Assembly (NCBI GenBank): GCA_964252035.1
Contig: OZ176205.1
From: Podarcis erhardii
Taxonomy: Eukaryota
Reading direction: 5' to 3' (one strand)
DNA: 64,000 bases
Under the pieces are notes generated by a model. It was not told the DNA's origin and did no database searches. It saw nothing but the letters and a program-made list of their open reading frames with translations. Shown in pieces: positions 1 to 13,396 of this stretch. Made by a program: the position numbers and the translations under genes. How positions within the stretch are numbered: the first letter of the stretch is position 1; the number at the start of each line of letters is the position of its first letter.

Positions 1-1475
1 ATTGCAACCCACCCAGAAGTTCCAGATTCCTCAACGTCCCAGGGATTTGTTTTTGTTTGTTTTTCTAACATTCCCTTTTTCATGGGCTCTGTGTGCTTAG
101 CAAAGAGACTGAAAAATTGCAGGCAAGAGGTATGCAGTGCTCCTGAAAACCTTCGCCAATTCAACTCCTCCTCAAACGCAGGTTCTTTTGCATCTAAACA
201 CAGCAGCTCCCCTGCCATATTGGTCAACAGTTGGATTAAACCAGGGCCAAAGAGTGGGTCCTCTGACAGATTCTCCCTCACTAAAGATGTGAGCTGGGTA
301 ACATGACTGATTTCCTGGGCGCTTAAAAGTTTCAGCTCTCTCTGTTAACAAACGCTAGAGAGCTCTGCTTTAACTGTATGTGGTGATGTTTCTTCCTTAT
401 ACCACAGCCAGGGGTTTTACTTGTGTGAAGGATGCCCTGGGTCCAATTATCATCATCATTATTATTATTTGTATAACTGCCCTTCACCTGAAGATCTCAG
501 GGTGACACTTATTTCCCCAACCAGAGGTTCAAAGTATGAGGAGGCAGTTCTGGAACAAAACTAGTCTTTTTATTTAATTACATGCAATAATGGTTTTACA
601 CTTGACGGCTACTCATGAGGGGGGTGATTCTTAGTTTTCTGCTTACTAATCTATGTAGATATGCAGCTTTCCTATAGAAACCAGGGTGTTGCTACTTTAT
701 AGCTGCATAAAAAGAATTCTTTATTAGAAAAAAGAGAACAAGATACATTGTTTTTCACTTTTAGAAGTCAGGTTGGTAATTTCATAGCTGCTGTAATTTG
801 CAGAAAGCTGCCTTCCTTCCTTCGGCTAGGTTGTGACTACATTGATGAATACCCTGCTAAATCAATGCATATTGAATGCATCTGGATGCTAGATTAGTTG
901 GGCTGGCAATGTGAAATAAACGTGTGGTATCTATAAGAATTATATTGGCTTGGCACGACTTTATGAGATCATTACATTGTTACTTATGGGTCGTAGCCCA
1001 ATTTTATAATATACATCTGTAAGCATTGGTGGTGGCATAACTGGCTGAAGAGGATAGCTCTTTTATGTTTCTTACCTCCATGCCAGTTGATAAATGCATA
1101 GATGTGTCAAAATTCTAAGTATTTCTGATGTTCTTTTCCAAATCTGATCTGCAGGTCAAATTCACTTGAGTCATATCATGTCATGGATAAATATTAGGTG
1201 CACGGTGACAACAATATTTACCTTGTATCTGTTTTCAGAGCGTTTTGCAGGTGCCTGATATGGTTTGGATCCACTTTGTGTTGTTCTAATTATTCAGTTC
1301 ATATATGATCTGTTAAATCTGAACCATTGCAGGCTTGGTTAGCCCTTCTGAGGGGATGCAGCTTGCCAAATTTCAGAAAACGAGGTGAGGTGCAGAGGAT
1401 CTCCTTTAAGGACTGACTTTACCATTTAGGCATTGCTATTGGGAAAGTAAGACTTTTCTCTTACCCCACCACCCC

Positions 1476-1606
1476 NNNNNNNNNNNNNNNNNNNNNNNNN
1501 NNNNNNNNNNNNNNNNNNNNNNNNNNNNNNNNNNNNNNNNNNNNNNNNNNNNNNNNNNNNNNNNNNNNNNNNNNNNNNNNNNNNNNNNNNNNNNNNNNNN
1601 NNNNNN
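1476..1606. other. Assembly gap (131 N)
   Basis: Run of N bases. Confidence 0.99.
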
Positions 1607-3594
1607 ATTTGAAAGCTTGACCTGTCAAACAAGTTGAATGATTTCCCTGCCTGTCCACCACTCCCCTCTTTAGCTTTAGACATTCCCCCGGTCAGTTCAG
1701 TTTCATTTATCGGGGGGGGGGACCCCAACCCTTCCAACTCACATCACTGATTCTGCATCCCAGAACAAAATGCAGCATGGCACCATTTTGAAGGAAAGAG
1801 CTTTTGCTTTTCTAAGTTGATGACCACTTAAAAAAAAAAAATTATAGCTCCTGTTCTTTGGTCTCAAAACAAAACAGCTGTGCATTTATTTTTATGGGTA
1901 ATACAAAACCACAGAGCTATTCAGAAGGTTGGGCGCTTACATAGGAAGAGCCTTCTGGTCCAGGCCTATGGCTTGTCCAGTCCTGGTTACAAGGAGATAC
2001 AAAGAACAGAAAGAAGGATTGGGCCTTACAACTTCATTTCGCCTTCAGTTCTATGCATGATTACCTGGCAGTAAGTCTTCTTGAACTCAGGGGACTTAAT
2101 TCTGAATAGACATTGATAGCATTGTGCTGCTAAGTAGATGGATGCATAGAACAAAAAGCTTCCGTTCCTCCCCTACACCGACACAAAAACAGCAACACTA
2201 CTGCTTGTATTGCACTGAAAGAGACACTGGCACTTGATTTCTGGCTCCATTCAAGAGAGGGACAAAAGTAACAGAAAAGGTACGAGTCCCCTTCCAACCA
2301 TGCCCACCTCCCAGTCACACACTTCTGAGAAGCAACAAAGTCTAATCTCACTTGTCATCAGTCATTTCCTTCATTGCAACTCTTTCACATGGTTCACATT
2401 GCACTTTGTTTTTATAGAGACAGGCATATACACAGCACTACAGAAGAAACGCAGCAGAGGTTGTTGGAGAGTGCTCTGACAGATGTCTGTTGATGATAGC
2501 ATTGTGTTTGTTTTCATATTTGGAGGATAAGTACGTGGCATGTGGTCCTTTTTTGGAAAAAGGTATCTGGGTGGCAGCTGAATTTTTGTGTTTGCTTATG
2601 AAAAGCAAGTGGGCTTTATTTAACTATTGTGGGAAATTATATGTGCCATTGGTTGACCTTAAAAGCCCTTGTGTTCCTCACCCCACCTCCCCAGTCATTC
2701 ACAAGTTCCCAAGAATATATTCCTCTATGGTCGTGGCAGCACCTCGCTTGTCACCATTGCTGGTTATAAGTGGGGAGATCTATCCATCTGTCAGTGTGGG
2801 AAGAAGAGCCTCAGTCGGGGTGCACTGGAAGCTTCTGTTATCCCCACCATTGCCAAAGATGGCAAGTGCCACAATGGGTGGGCCTTTGCAGCAGCAGGGA
2901 GGAAAAGGCCAAATGAAGGTTAGGAGAAAGCTGCAGGGGATTGCTGTCACCTGCTGCAGTTGTCCAAAAGGGTCCTCATTTGCCAACCTGGACTTCTCAA
3001 TATGTTTGGACTGCAATGCCCATCAGCCCCAGGCAGCATATAGCTGAGGGAAGTTGAGGACACCATGTGGGCAAATGTTCTAATATTTGAAGGAAGAAGT
3101 GTGTTTCAGTGACTATGAACGTTTACTCAGCTGTGGGCCACCCTGTGTTCAATGGGGCTTGCTACTAGGGAAGTCCTTACTAAAGAACTCAATGGAACAT
3201 GAACTCTTGAACTCAGTGAATTTACTTCAGAATAAAATATGCTCAGAATGACCGTGTGAGATTCAGAATGGCCAAGCTTTGTAAAGATAGACCTACAAGG
3301 AAATGGTTGCACCTTTGTGCTGCCATGTGGAATTTCTGGCATGTTCCTTCTGTTCAGAGGTAATTTTATTGAAATATGGATAAGGATATGGATAAGCTTC
3401 TGGAAGTTTTGTCATCCATCTGGAGTACAGTATAGTCTTTATCGACTTGGTCTTTTTTCTGCCTCTAACCTTATAAAACAGAAGGTGGAATGGTCAACAG
3501 CAATAAGCAGCAGCTCTGTGGCTCACTCAACCAATCATTTTTTAAAATGCCTCTTTATTTTGATATCATAGAAATGACCCCTGTAGGGTTTTAA

Positions 3595-3621
3595 AACTAA
3601 CTAACCAACTAACTAACTAAT

Positions 3622-3664
<43 letters not shown>
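3595..3664. repeat. (AACT)n tetranucleotide microsatellite, ~17 units
   Basis: Direct reading; two imperfect units. Confidence 0.97.
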
Positions 3665-5739
3665 GTAATCTGCCTGGTTTAATTTATGTCACTTGGTTTT
3701 CAGACTTGCTAACTGTGTTGATCCTGATGTTCTTATGATTCAGCATATACTTCATACTAGGCACACCAACACCTAGGGGCCGAGGCAGTTTTGCCCCCCC
3801 CCCAAGTATTTTTGAGGGGGCCAAGCCCTCACAATATTCAGAGGGACATTCAGCACCATGCCCTGGCTCCTTGCAGCATTGCACACCTGATGTCATGACA
3901 TTGCATGGTGTCGCGCACAGGCCCCTACAATCCCTTACAGAGTGTAAGGGTAGGTAGTGTTAGCAATGTTTATTGCTCAAGATGAATTCCTCAAATGAGT
4001 GTGCCCTTGTTTCTTTCGTCCACTTATCTGAGGTACCAGTTTACACTGGAGAGAGTGTGTTGCTTCTGGTGGGAAATACCATGAGCCATCAAATTTGATT
4101 TGTAACGTTTTCTTTCACAGAGGACCATAGGGCCTATTTATAAGGCACCACATGAAAGCCTATCAAGGTATCCAGCAGTTGTCAGGGCCAGGGAAGCCAC
4201 CAGAAGATTTTTCATGTGGCTTATAAGCAATTATTACCTCCCCCAGCATTTCTTTTAATTTGTTCTGGGAAATAGTATTTTTCTTTCTTTCTTCATGGCA
4301 TGGAGTATCTTCAAAACTCAGCAGACTCCTCTCTCTCTCTTTCTCTCTGTCCCCAACTGTTTGAGCCAAAAGCACTCAAGGAGCTCTCCTTGTTTTGATT
4401 TTGGCACCACCAAACAGAACATAGTTCAAAGCCTGGTTCAAGGATGAGGGACTTGGTCCAGGATAAAACACTCATTTTAAGCAGAGTTATGTCCTGTGGT
4501 GACAAATTGCAGAAGATTTGTTAGATGACGAATGAAGGACGACAATGTAGATTTTATTTTAAATTTCCCAATGCATGTGCAAATGTTGGGGCTCTGCTAT
4601 ATATAATCTCCAGGAGGCAGAGATGGAATACTGTGAGGAGAAATACATCACTCGCAGTTTGTAAAATATGGATATTGCTTAAAAATACGCTCTTTGTGAT
4701 GCAAAGCCAGGCATAAATTGAAGTAGACCACCTAGAAGAAGAAGAAAATACCCTCAGTTTGTGTTACATTCATTGGCCAAGTCCGGAGTTGCCGCAGGTC
4801 GATTATCATGGGTTTCTGCAGAAATAATTCTGGGGGTGCTGGGTCTGTGACTTGTAACTACCGGTTGTTAACTTATGTCTGAACCCCATGCACTATCATA
4901 TGGTGCTGAAGAATTAAGAAACAACAGTGATTTACTGTATTGTATGGGAGTATACTGTACATTTCAGAACTTCTAACAAATTGCTTTGTTTCTCCATTTA
5001 ACAGTAACAGAGCATGTCACTAAAAAGACGTACAGCTTCAGTTTGTCCAGTGAACAAAAATACCTCAGGATTCTGACTCACATTACTGCAGGATTCTGAA
5101 CCAAATTAAAAACTGCTAAGGCTGGAATCTCATCTTTTATGAAGCATCTGCCTTGGCTATGGTGAATGCCAGTCATAAGGTCTGAAATGTGCAAGACCTT
5201 TTTGTTAATACCTGTCCATCCTTAACATAAAGGAAAATATAGGACAAAGGGAATTATGCTTTAAACAGAAGCTTGAATCTTTGAGGGTCTTGACCAAAAT
5301 GGTCAATGACTTCTACAAATTTCTCTTTGGGATAGTTCTTCACCTTTTCTCTATGGACATTCAGCAAACACAAACCAGACAATCAATTGTAGGGTGTATA
5401 GTTGTCCTCACCCTGCACAATGTGCTACAGGATAATTCAGGCCCTTCAGGTTTTGCACCAAGTACCCATTGCTGGATTTTATACTGTTCTTAAATTGCTT
5501 AAATGGTTTCTGCTGCTGTGTTTTATTCTGATTTTCACTGGCTTCTTGCTGATCTTCTTGTGATTTTATTTTGGTTAGCACTTTTATAGTGAATTGTAAT
5601 TTGGATTTTACTGTTTACTAGCGGGGAGTGTCCAACTCTTCTTGAGTATTCTTAAAAGCCAAAGACTATTTTGTTTTTTAAATGCATAGTGCAATTTGTG
5701 AGTTTGGACCTGTCACATAAAAAATCCAGTCAGTTTTCA

Positions 5740-6066
5740 ATCTGCCATCTTGATTCAGAATGTCACCCAGTGTCTAAATGGTGATTAAGTCTGCTGCTCC
5801 ATCTCAGGAGTCCTCATGCCAAGTTTTGTGATGATATCTTGAGAGGCGGCCAAACCGATGCCAATAAACAGGTGAAATCACACCAAAGTCATGTTTTTGT
5901 CTACCATCTTAATTCAAAATGGCAGCTGGCATCCAAACATTGAGGAAGAGTGCTGCATCCATCTCAGAAACCCTCATGCCAAGTTTGATAATGATGTCTC
6001 ATCCAAACATATAGAGGACAAACAAATGGACAGATGGACAAACCACTTTACAAAATATATAGTAGA
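5740..6066 (+). mobile_element. Old repeat with an internal ~100-bp diverged duplication; possibly a Helitron/Helentron-type non-autonomous remnant
   Basis: ccatctcag..cctcatgccaagttt..tgatgat occurs at ~5790-5840 and again at ~5960-6000; the element ends in ggacaaac...aaaatatatagtagat. The family assignment is a guess. Confidence 0.3.
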
Positions 6067-8026
6067 TGCCAAAAAATAGTATAATAAATAAACAACACTC
6101 CTTTCTAAATGCTTTCTTTAAAATAAAACAAAATAAAAAACAAGGTAAAATAAATTAATAAAATAATACGGTACAAAAGAGTTGGATTAGACTGGACTGA
6201 AGATTTGAATTCATTAAACTCAGTGATCCAGTGTGCTTCTGCTAATAAAGAAGCAATCACAGGAAGCATCTATTAAATTTTCATTACAAATAAATCCCAG
6301 CATCCAGAGAAGAGTCTGGCTGAATGGGCTGGGGGAGGAAAAGCTGTCATTACCTCTTTCGCTGCTATGGAGTGGTTAAAAATACAACATAATCTCTAAG
6401 GGGTGACCCAGCAGCCTTGTTGCTACTGTTTAATCTAACTATTATTCACAGTTACGAGATGCCTTTCCAGTAAATAAACTGTTCAAAGCAGTTCAGGGCA
6501 CCAGTAGATGCCCAGTAAGAAATGGCAGTTGAATTGGGTCAAGACAGCACAGGTTTTGATTATCTCTTCCTGTAGATACTTAGGCAACTGAACCGGCAAA
6601 GCCAACATGCCCAAAATTCCTTTTATATATTCCTTTCGGCTCCAGTCAGAGAGTGCTTCAAGATTTCTGATCTGAAGGGGGCAGGGCATTCTGCATCAGT
6701 CAGCTTCTTTATTCTTCATGCAGACAGACAATACCAACCCCATTAATTTTACAGAAGCCGAGCAGGGCGAAGAGAAGAAAGGGAGCTTGCTCCATCTGGA
6801 TATACTGTGATGTTCATCTTTGGCACCATGTACAAAGATACCAAGGAAACATAAAATGGTAACTATAACCATTTGGCATCCTGCACTTGCCAAACCACTT
6901 CTGTATCCTGGTTATGAACATTGTCGCCTCAAAGTTAGCAGGGAGGAGAAATAGATCAGAAGGGTTCTTTGCGTCCATTTCCCAAATGCAACTTCATAAC
7001 GCTTTTATTCATGTGGGACAGCTCTGCCATGTGCATCACATCATCCATGTTCTGGTCTCGTTGTTTTAGACTCTATCTAACGTGCCCCAATAATGACTCT
7101 TTGTGTCATTTCACACCCCTCTTCCTCTTTTTAATCAAATGGGATGCCATTAAAAAAAAAAGGCATCCAGGAAATTGTCATAGGATTTAAATATTTTTAT
7201 CTGGTAGTCTTGAATTTTAGACTACGCCTGAGGTTTTCCACCAACACACTCTGCTTCTAACAAACAACCCAAATTAGCAGGAATCCAAGATTATATCACA
7301 GTTTAGGGAAATGCCCTTGTGGGCTTTTTTATATATAAAAAAGTCTCGATGTATTTATAACAGATTTATAACAGCTTTCTACAAAATTTGGCTCCATTTC
7401 AGAGCCTGACATGATGGGTCACTGAGTTTGTTTCCTGTCTTAACTTCTACCATTCATGACTTATAAAACAGTGGAGAGTTTTACTAGCAGAAAGGCCCCA
7501 TGGGGGCAGTTAGGTCTGATTCATCAATGGAGCATTTTAAGGGACCAATCCTGCAAGGAATTAGATGTTGATGGTCAGTGCAACAGTGGAGAACAAGGAG
7601 TAGCCAAACATGGACAAGCCAACCAAAGTTAAGGCACAACATGATTTGGTCTCTCACTTGAAATCAATGCGGCCTAGGGGTCAGCTATATCCTCCTGTTT
7701 GCTTCTTGTATGAAGTCGTGGTTTTTGTTGTTGTTGTTGTTGTTTTGCAGAATTAAACTAGGAAAGCAGAGCTATGTATTGAGAAATATATGAAAAATTA
7801 ATTTTGGCTCTTTGGGTTTTGCTGTACTAGATGTCCTGCCACTGGTACTACTTGCAGTCATCAGTGGGCTCCTGCTGACACATCTGATCTATCAGCAATG
7901 GACAGATGTCCTAATGGTTGGTACATAAAGCACTTGCAGCAACACCTGCTGTTAGTGCTTGCAGCTATTTTAATGCTAGTGCCTGTGCATCTGTGTGTGT
8001 TGAATTCACAGCATAGATCCACATTT

Positions 8027-8221
8027 GGGTTGCCATATTTCAAAAAGTGAAAATCCGGAGACAAAGGTTTGGGGAAATCAGTTTTTAAAGAAAATCAGTA
8101 AAAATGACACTACCGACATGGATTGCCAAATGTCTGATTTTTCTGGGATATTTTGCCAATTTTTTAACGGACACTGCAGTATTCTGGGTATGTCCAGAAA
8201 ATTCTGGATGTATGGCAACCC
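8027..8221. mobile_element. MITE with GGGTTGCCATA terminal inverted repeats
   Basis: gggttgccata at 8027-8037 and tatggcaaccc at 8211-8221, with subterminal atccgga/tctggat; flanks tt and ta. Confidence 0.75.
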
Positions 8222-9299
8222 TAACATTCCAGATCAGAATCTGGTAGCACCTTATGGACAAATAAATGTATGGGGCATAGATTTTCATGGACATGAGTTT
8301 TCATCAGATTTACTTCACAGAGATAGGGATCATTCTGATCATGTGATAGTAGTTCATCAGGTATATGGCAGCAGGGCAGGCACCTAACAGGAGGGGGTCC
8401 TGGGAAGGGATGGAGGTGTTTGATTTGGGTTTTAATGTGAACCTTCCCAGTGGTGGCTGCTGCCCATTGGAACTGGTAGGGATGCCAGTCACAGGTGGAG
8501 TCAGAGTCAATGATAGGTGGAGCCAACTGATTCTGGTTTTGTCCCCATCCTCCTCCCTGTTGAGATTTATCCCACAAAAATGTGGAGAATGGAATTTAAG
8601 AATGGAAAAATGAGAAATGGAGAGAAATCAAAATTGGCAGATTCTTCCAATTCTTCCTTTTGAGGGCAGATTCAGAGCTTTGTATCCCAGACCTAAGACA
8701 GCCCTCCTTCAAGCTGCTTTGGGTTTCACTCAAAGAAGTAATATGCAACACCGTGAGATCTAGTCTTTTCAGATATCATCAGAAATGGTTCCATCTGAAA
8801 GCTTGAGACTTGGCCTGCAACAGAAACTTTATGTGCACCTTTGATATATTGCAAATGGTTTCTGAGCTTTGCAGATGTGTCTTATAATTTTATGCTATCC
8901 TTCAAACAATTTTATGGGTGAATTTTACATGCCATTATGCCGTATTGCCTTCTTAAAAGTTGTGCTGGCTGGGTGAATTGGACTGTTTTTATTTCCATCT
9001 GCCCTCAAAAGGTGTAAGTCACATTCTGTAAAAAAACACACACCAGTATTTGCCTCAATCTCTTGAGGTATCACAAAATAAAAAGCCTCCCAAGCTCAGA
9101 GCTAATATAATTTGCAAGTCAGGTGCAGATAAATCATCCCAAACATCCTATGCTATAATATTTCCTACTCCTTCCCCCAAGCAATGGAAAAGTTCGTGGC
9201 AGTCTTTGCAAGGTCAATATCCTCTGCAGAGAAATTGCCAGATAGGATTTTGTGTTAAGTGCAGGGAGCAAATGGGCAATGAAAATGGTCAGTGGTAGG

Positions 9300-9940
9300 G
9301 AAAGCAAGCCCTATGAGGAAAAGTTGAAGTAACTAGGTATGCCTAGCCAGGAGGAGAGGAAACTAAGGCCACATTCACACCTTATGTTTAAAGCTCTATG
9401 ATACCACTTTGAACAGTCATGGCTTCCCTCCAAAGAATCCTGGGAACTGTAGTTTGTTAAGGGTGCTGAGAGTTGTTAGGAGACCCCTCCCAGAGCTTCA
9501 GTTCTCAGAGGTGTTTAACAATCCATTCCTTTCCCCAGGGAACTCTGGGAATTGTAGCTCTGGAAGGGGAATAGGGGTCTTCCAACAATGTTCAGCACCC
9601 TTAAACTACAGCTCCCAGGTTTCTTTGAGGGAAACTATGGATGTTTAGAGTGGTATAATAGAGCTTTAAATGAATGTGGCCTGAAGGGGGACCCCAACAG
9701 GCCTGCAGGGCTAACACATAGAAGAGGGTGATTATTATTTATTGCCCTTCTGCCCCAAAGGGAAGGACTGGGCCTTAAAGGCTTAAATTTGAGGAGGGTG
9801 CATCTTGAGTTGAACATTTGGGGGGGGGGACTCTTGATGCTAAGAGCACTTTGATAATAGAAACAACTACCAATGGGGGGGTCTCACTGCTGGGCTTTTT
9901 GAGCAGGGATGCTCTAGCTCCTCACCCTCCATGATTTTAT
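9300..9940 (+). mobile_element. Degenerate CR1 LINE 3' fragment, interrupted by a MITE
   Basis: ccctatgaggaaaagttgaag...gagaggaaactaa resembles the CR1 ORF2 PYEERLKELG...RRLRG segment; CR1-like sequence resumes after 9681. Confidence 0.6.
9367..9681. mobile_element. Palindromic MITE, PIF/Harbinger-like
   Basis: TIRs GGCCACATTCA / TGAATGTGGCC; 3-bp flanks TAA and TGA; long internal inverted symmetry (gggaactgtagttt...aaactacagctccc). Confidence 0.8.
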
Positions 9941-10065
9941 ATGCTGGTAAGGTGAACATTGACCAGCATCCCATACAGATCTGTGTGTTGGTTCTAAAAG
10001 AAAACCAGTGCTCACCCCAGATCTAAAAGCACAGAACCCATCAGTCTGCCCTCACACAATCTCAC

Positions 10066-10328
10066 TGTTAAGTTGTGGGTGAACATATCAGACGACACAG
10101 CGATTCTTCAACAGCTCTTGTTTATTCACAGGCCAGAACAGAACTGAACTGAAGGGTTCAGCCAGCCTGCTTATGTAGAGCTCCACTACAACGCAAGAGT
10201 AACAACTTTCTGTAACTATCCAATCACTGAACGTCACTTTCAATCCCTTATTTACATATGTGGACCTGAGTGAAAACTATCTACAGTATCCCCCTGCTGG
10301 CCCAGGGTGAGAACTTCAGTATATAACA
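10066..10328 (-). mobile_element. Solo LTR (263 bp), probably Gypsy class
   Basis: TGTTA...TAACA termini and a perfect 5-bp TSD CTCAC (10061-10065, 10329-10333). Minus strand has a TATA-like box (ctacataag) and AATAAA (10121-10126) in the expected order. Confidence 0.9.
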
Positions 10329-11848
10329 CTCACCTTCCATCATTTATGCAGCCAGAGGAGCCAACCTCACTTTGCTCTCTACCTCCTGTTCTGGATGTGA
10401 CTTTCAGCGAAGCCCTCTGCCTTCCCACTGCACCTCTGCACTTTTCACTGTACTGTGGACTGTTTCAAAACACCCTGTGCTAGAGAGCTGGTCATTGTGC
10501 CTGACCTCTATGTGGGGTTCAGTCCTACTGCATACAAACGTGCAGCAGAATTCCCTGAAATAAATCCTCTGCTGTGTCTCTCTGCAAGAGTCACTGCTCT
10601 AGACTTGTCTCTTTCCTGTCACGCCCATGGTCCTTACATTTCCAGGCTCTAATGTTTGCCTCCAGTCTTTGTTGAGGAAAAAAAAATGTGTGCTGAACCT
10701 AGAAGCTGCATTTTGTAACACAATCTCCTATATTTATAAACTGGAGGCAGTACAGTAATTCATGCCCCTGTGCTAGGAGCTAGCCTAGAATGGATGTTGA
10801 CTCTTCCATTCTAACTCTACCATTTCAAAATGGAAGTGGACACTGATCCAGGCCATTGACAATTCCATTGCCTTACACCATCCAGTTGTCTTCTCAAATA
10901 AAGCATTGCCTTCCTACTGAGTCAGGAAGAAGCCTTTGGGAGCTTTTGGGCCATCTTGACTTGTTTGCATGAGTTCACAGCACAAGACTTTCCCCACCCC
11001 ACCCCCTTGTAAATTGGGAGAGTGCCAAGTTTTCATTAAACCTCTTATAAACTCAGAGCTCCTGCAAGGCTCCATATGGCAAAGAAGCCATCTGTGATTC
11101 ATATAGTCTTGCTCCAACAAAACGACAACAGTGTGAAAAACTCTTTTCTCTGGTTGGCAGTGAACTGTAAAAGTAATGTTAGTAATAGCTTCTGCAGGCT
11201 CGGGAATGACATAATTGACATTGGCTTATGGCACGAGCATTAGCTGCAAACTCTTGCCAAAAGTTCTGGATTGATTAATATCTTCATTTAAAAGCGTAGA
11301 TCGTAATGGTCAAGGGCCTTCTTAGCGTTAGCTTTCTTTTGGAGCAAGGGAATTTCTAGGTTGCTGTAGATGGACAGTGTCTTTTTTTTTTTAAAAAAAA
11401 AAAAAATCATTCTATTTGTTCCCCATATTGCTGATCTCTTGCACTGCAAGAACCCATTTGCTTTATCCATAAACAGGGCTTGTGTTTCTAATTGTTTTGA
11501 AACCTTATTGCCAGGCCTACCTCTCAGTCGTATCTGTAGCACTTGACCCAATGTCTGCTGTTTAATACAGAGCTGTAGCAAAAAATAATAATACTGGGCC
11601 TGGAGCCATGTCCACATATGTTTCTTGGATGTCTGATATTTTCATTTTGCTTCAGATGCCCTGAACTTGGAGGAGTGTCCATTTATAGCGTCCATGATCT
11701 TTCCAGAGGGCTGTGCTTTCACCCTCATCCCATCTTTTCTCCCCTCCAACCAACTCTGCAAATGCAGAGCTCAGAAGCAGAGACCTACATTTAATTTTAA
11801 CAAATGAGTAAGGGAGACTGATCTCTTTAAAAAATATTCATGCTTGGA

Positions 11849-11882
11849 GGCAGGAAAGATGGAGAAGGGAGGGAGGGGGAGG

Positions 11883-11920
<38 letters not shown>
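11849..11920. repeat. Purine-rich tract ending in (GA)~16
   Basis: Direct reading. Confidence 0.95.
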
Positions 11921-11923
<3 letters not shown>

Positions 11924-12485
11924 TTTCCCAATCCCTTTGAATTTGAAAGTTTGAGGTCTTTGTTTTTTAGAATTTCTTGCTGTGCAATTTAAATATCTCA
12001 ATGGGACCATAGAGCATGGAAAGGCTGCCTGCTTACTGAAGCAAATGTTTAGAAAAACAACACATAAGAACAGCAAGGCTTCCTTTCCCACCTCTCCTAG
12101 TCTACTGTTTTTATAGATAGGCTGAGCTGAACTGCAGAAGCATTTCATAGTTTGTTTAGATAAGTAAGTGGCAAAACAAATTGGACCAGCTCCTAGAGGC
12201 TTTACACATGTTTTGGCCTTTTTCTCTCCCCCCCCCCTTCTTCTTCTTTTTTTTAAACCCAGATGTCACCAGGAATTTCCCCAAAGAAATGGAAAGAGTA
12301 AAAGCAAGTGTGCCATTGGAATAAAGGCTGACAGGTTTCCATTTAGGGGCAGTTTGCATGTTGCCCTAGAAAGTGACTCCTCGACTTGGGCTTCTTTCTA
12401 CAGCAAAGTGGATTTGTTTTCCTGACCAGTATGTATGTTTTGAACCACCGGATCTGATTGGCTGCTTTACTTTGGCTCGTTTATA

Positions 12486-12687
12486 CAGTGGTACCTTGGG
12501 TTACAGACGCTTCAGGTTACAGACTCTGCTATCCCAGAAATAGTACCTCGGCTTAAGAACTTTGCTTGAGGATGAGAACAGAAATCGTGCGGCGGCGGCA
12601 CAGCGGGAGGCCCCATTAGCTAAAGTGGTACTTCAGGTTAAGAATGGACCTCCAGAATGAATTAAGTTCTTAACTGAAGTACCACTG
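12486..12687. mobile_element. Tc1/mariner-superfamily (Tigger/pogo-like) MITE
   Basis: TA|CAGTGGTACC ... GTACCACTG|TA; repeated internal ggttaaga/ggttacaga motifs. Confidence 0.9.
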
Positions 12688-13366
12688 TACTCGTTTACAA
12701 AATTGTAGTGACTTTAGTTGCCGTGAAATCACATAGGAACTCAGGAGATTGTAAGTCATTCATGAGCGCTGAGAATTCAGTTAACTACCCTTAACTAGAA
12801 TTTCCAGGATACCCTTGAGAGGAGTTGTGAGTTTTTTGAAACTGATTTACATATATGGCTTTGACCCTGATCTCAGTTTATGGTGCACCGTAATGAGTGT
12901 GATATGAACTAAAATGTATGTGTTGCTGGGAGACTTTTCTCCCCTTGCTACATGAGTCATCCAGCGTGTTCTGCTCATGGATTCTGTGATTTCAGCACAC
13001 AAAGGATGAATCTGTTGTTCTCAATAGCATGCATAGGATATCTGCTGTGCAAACATATTCTTTAAATTCATTTGTTCTTTGGTAATTTTCTTCAATAGTC
13101 CAGTTGAGTTTGGAGAACCAGAGTGTACTTGATTTTTCTTTCTTATGTTTGGGGTATCAGAACTTCCAGGTTAGATAAGTATGGTCATTAGTGGACTTGT
13201 TGTAAAGATCTGTTCTCCATGAATATAAGAACATCAAGCAAAGAGATGTGTGGATTTTCAGTGGTGCTACTGAATGTAAGCTTGATTGGGGAATGAATAA
13301 CGTTGATGAAATATTTAAATTGATCTAAGCTGCCTTTCTCATCTGGAGATTCCTTAGGGAAATTCT

Positions 13367-13396
13367 CTTCTTCTTCTTCTTCTTCTTCTTCTTCTT
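13367..13396. repeat. (CTT)~10 microsatellite
   Basis: Direct reading. Confidence 0.95.

Noticed and set aside
1426-1737. ORFs spanning the N gap
   Set aside because: Artefacts of translating N bases.
2114-2506. 13-bp direct repeat tgatagcattgtg flanking 367 bp
   Set aside because: No TIR, poly(A) or LTR ends inside, and a match of this length at this distance is not far from chance expectation in 64 kb.
2490-3047. 185-aa plus-strand ORF
   Set aside because: Non-ATG start in the track, no recognisable domain, no splice context; consistent with a chance ORF.
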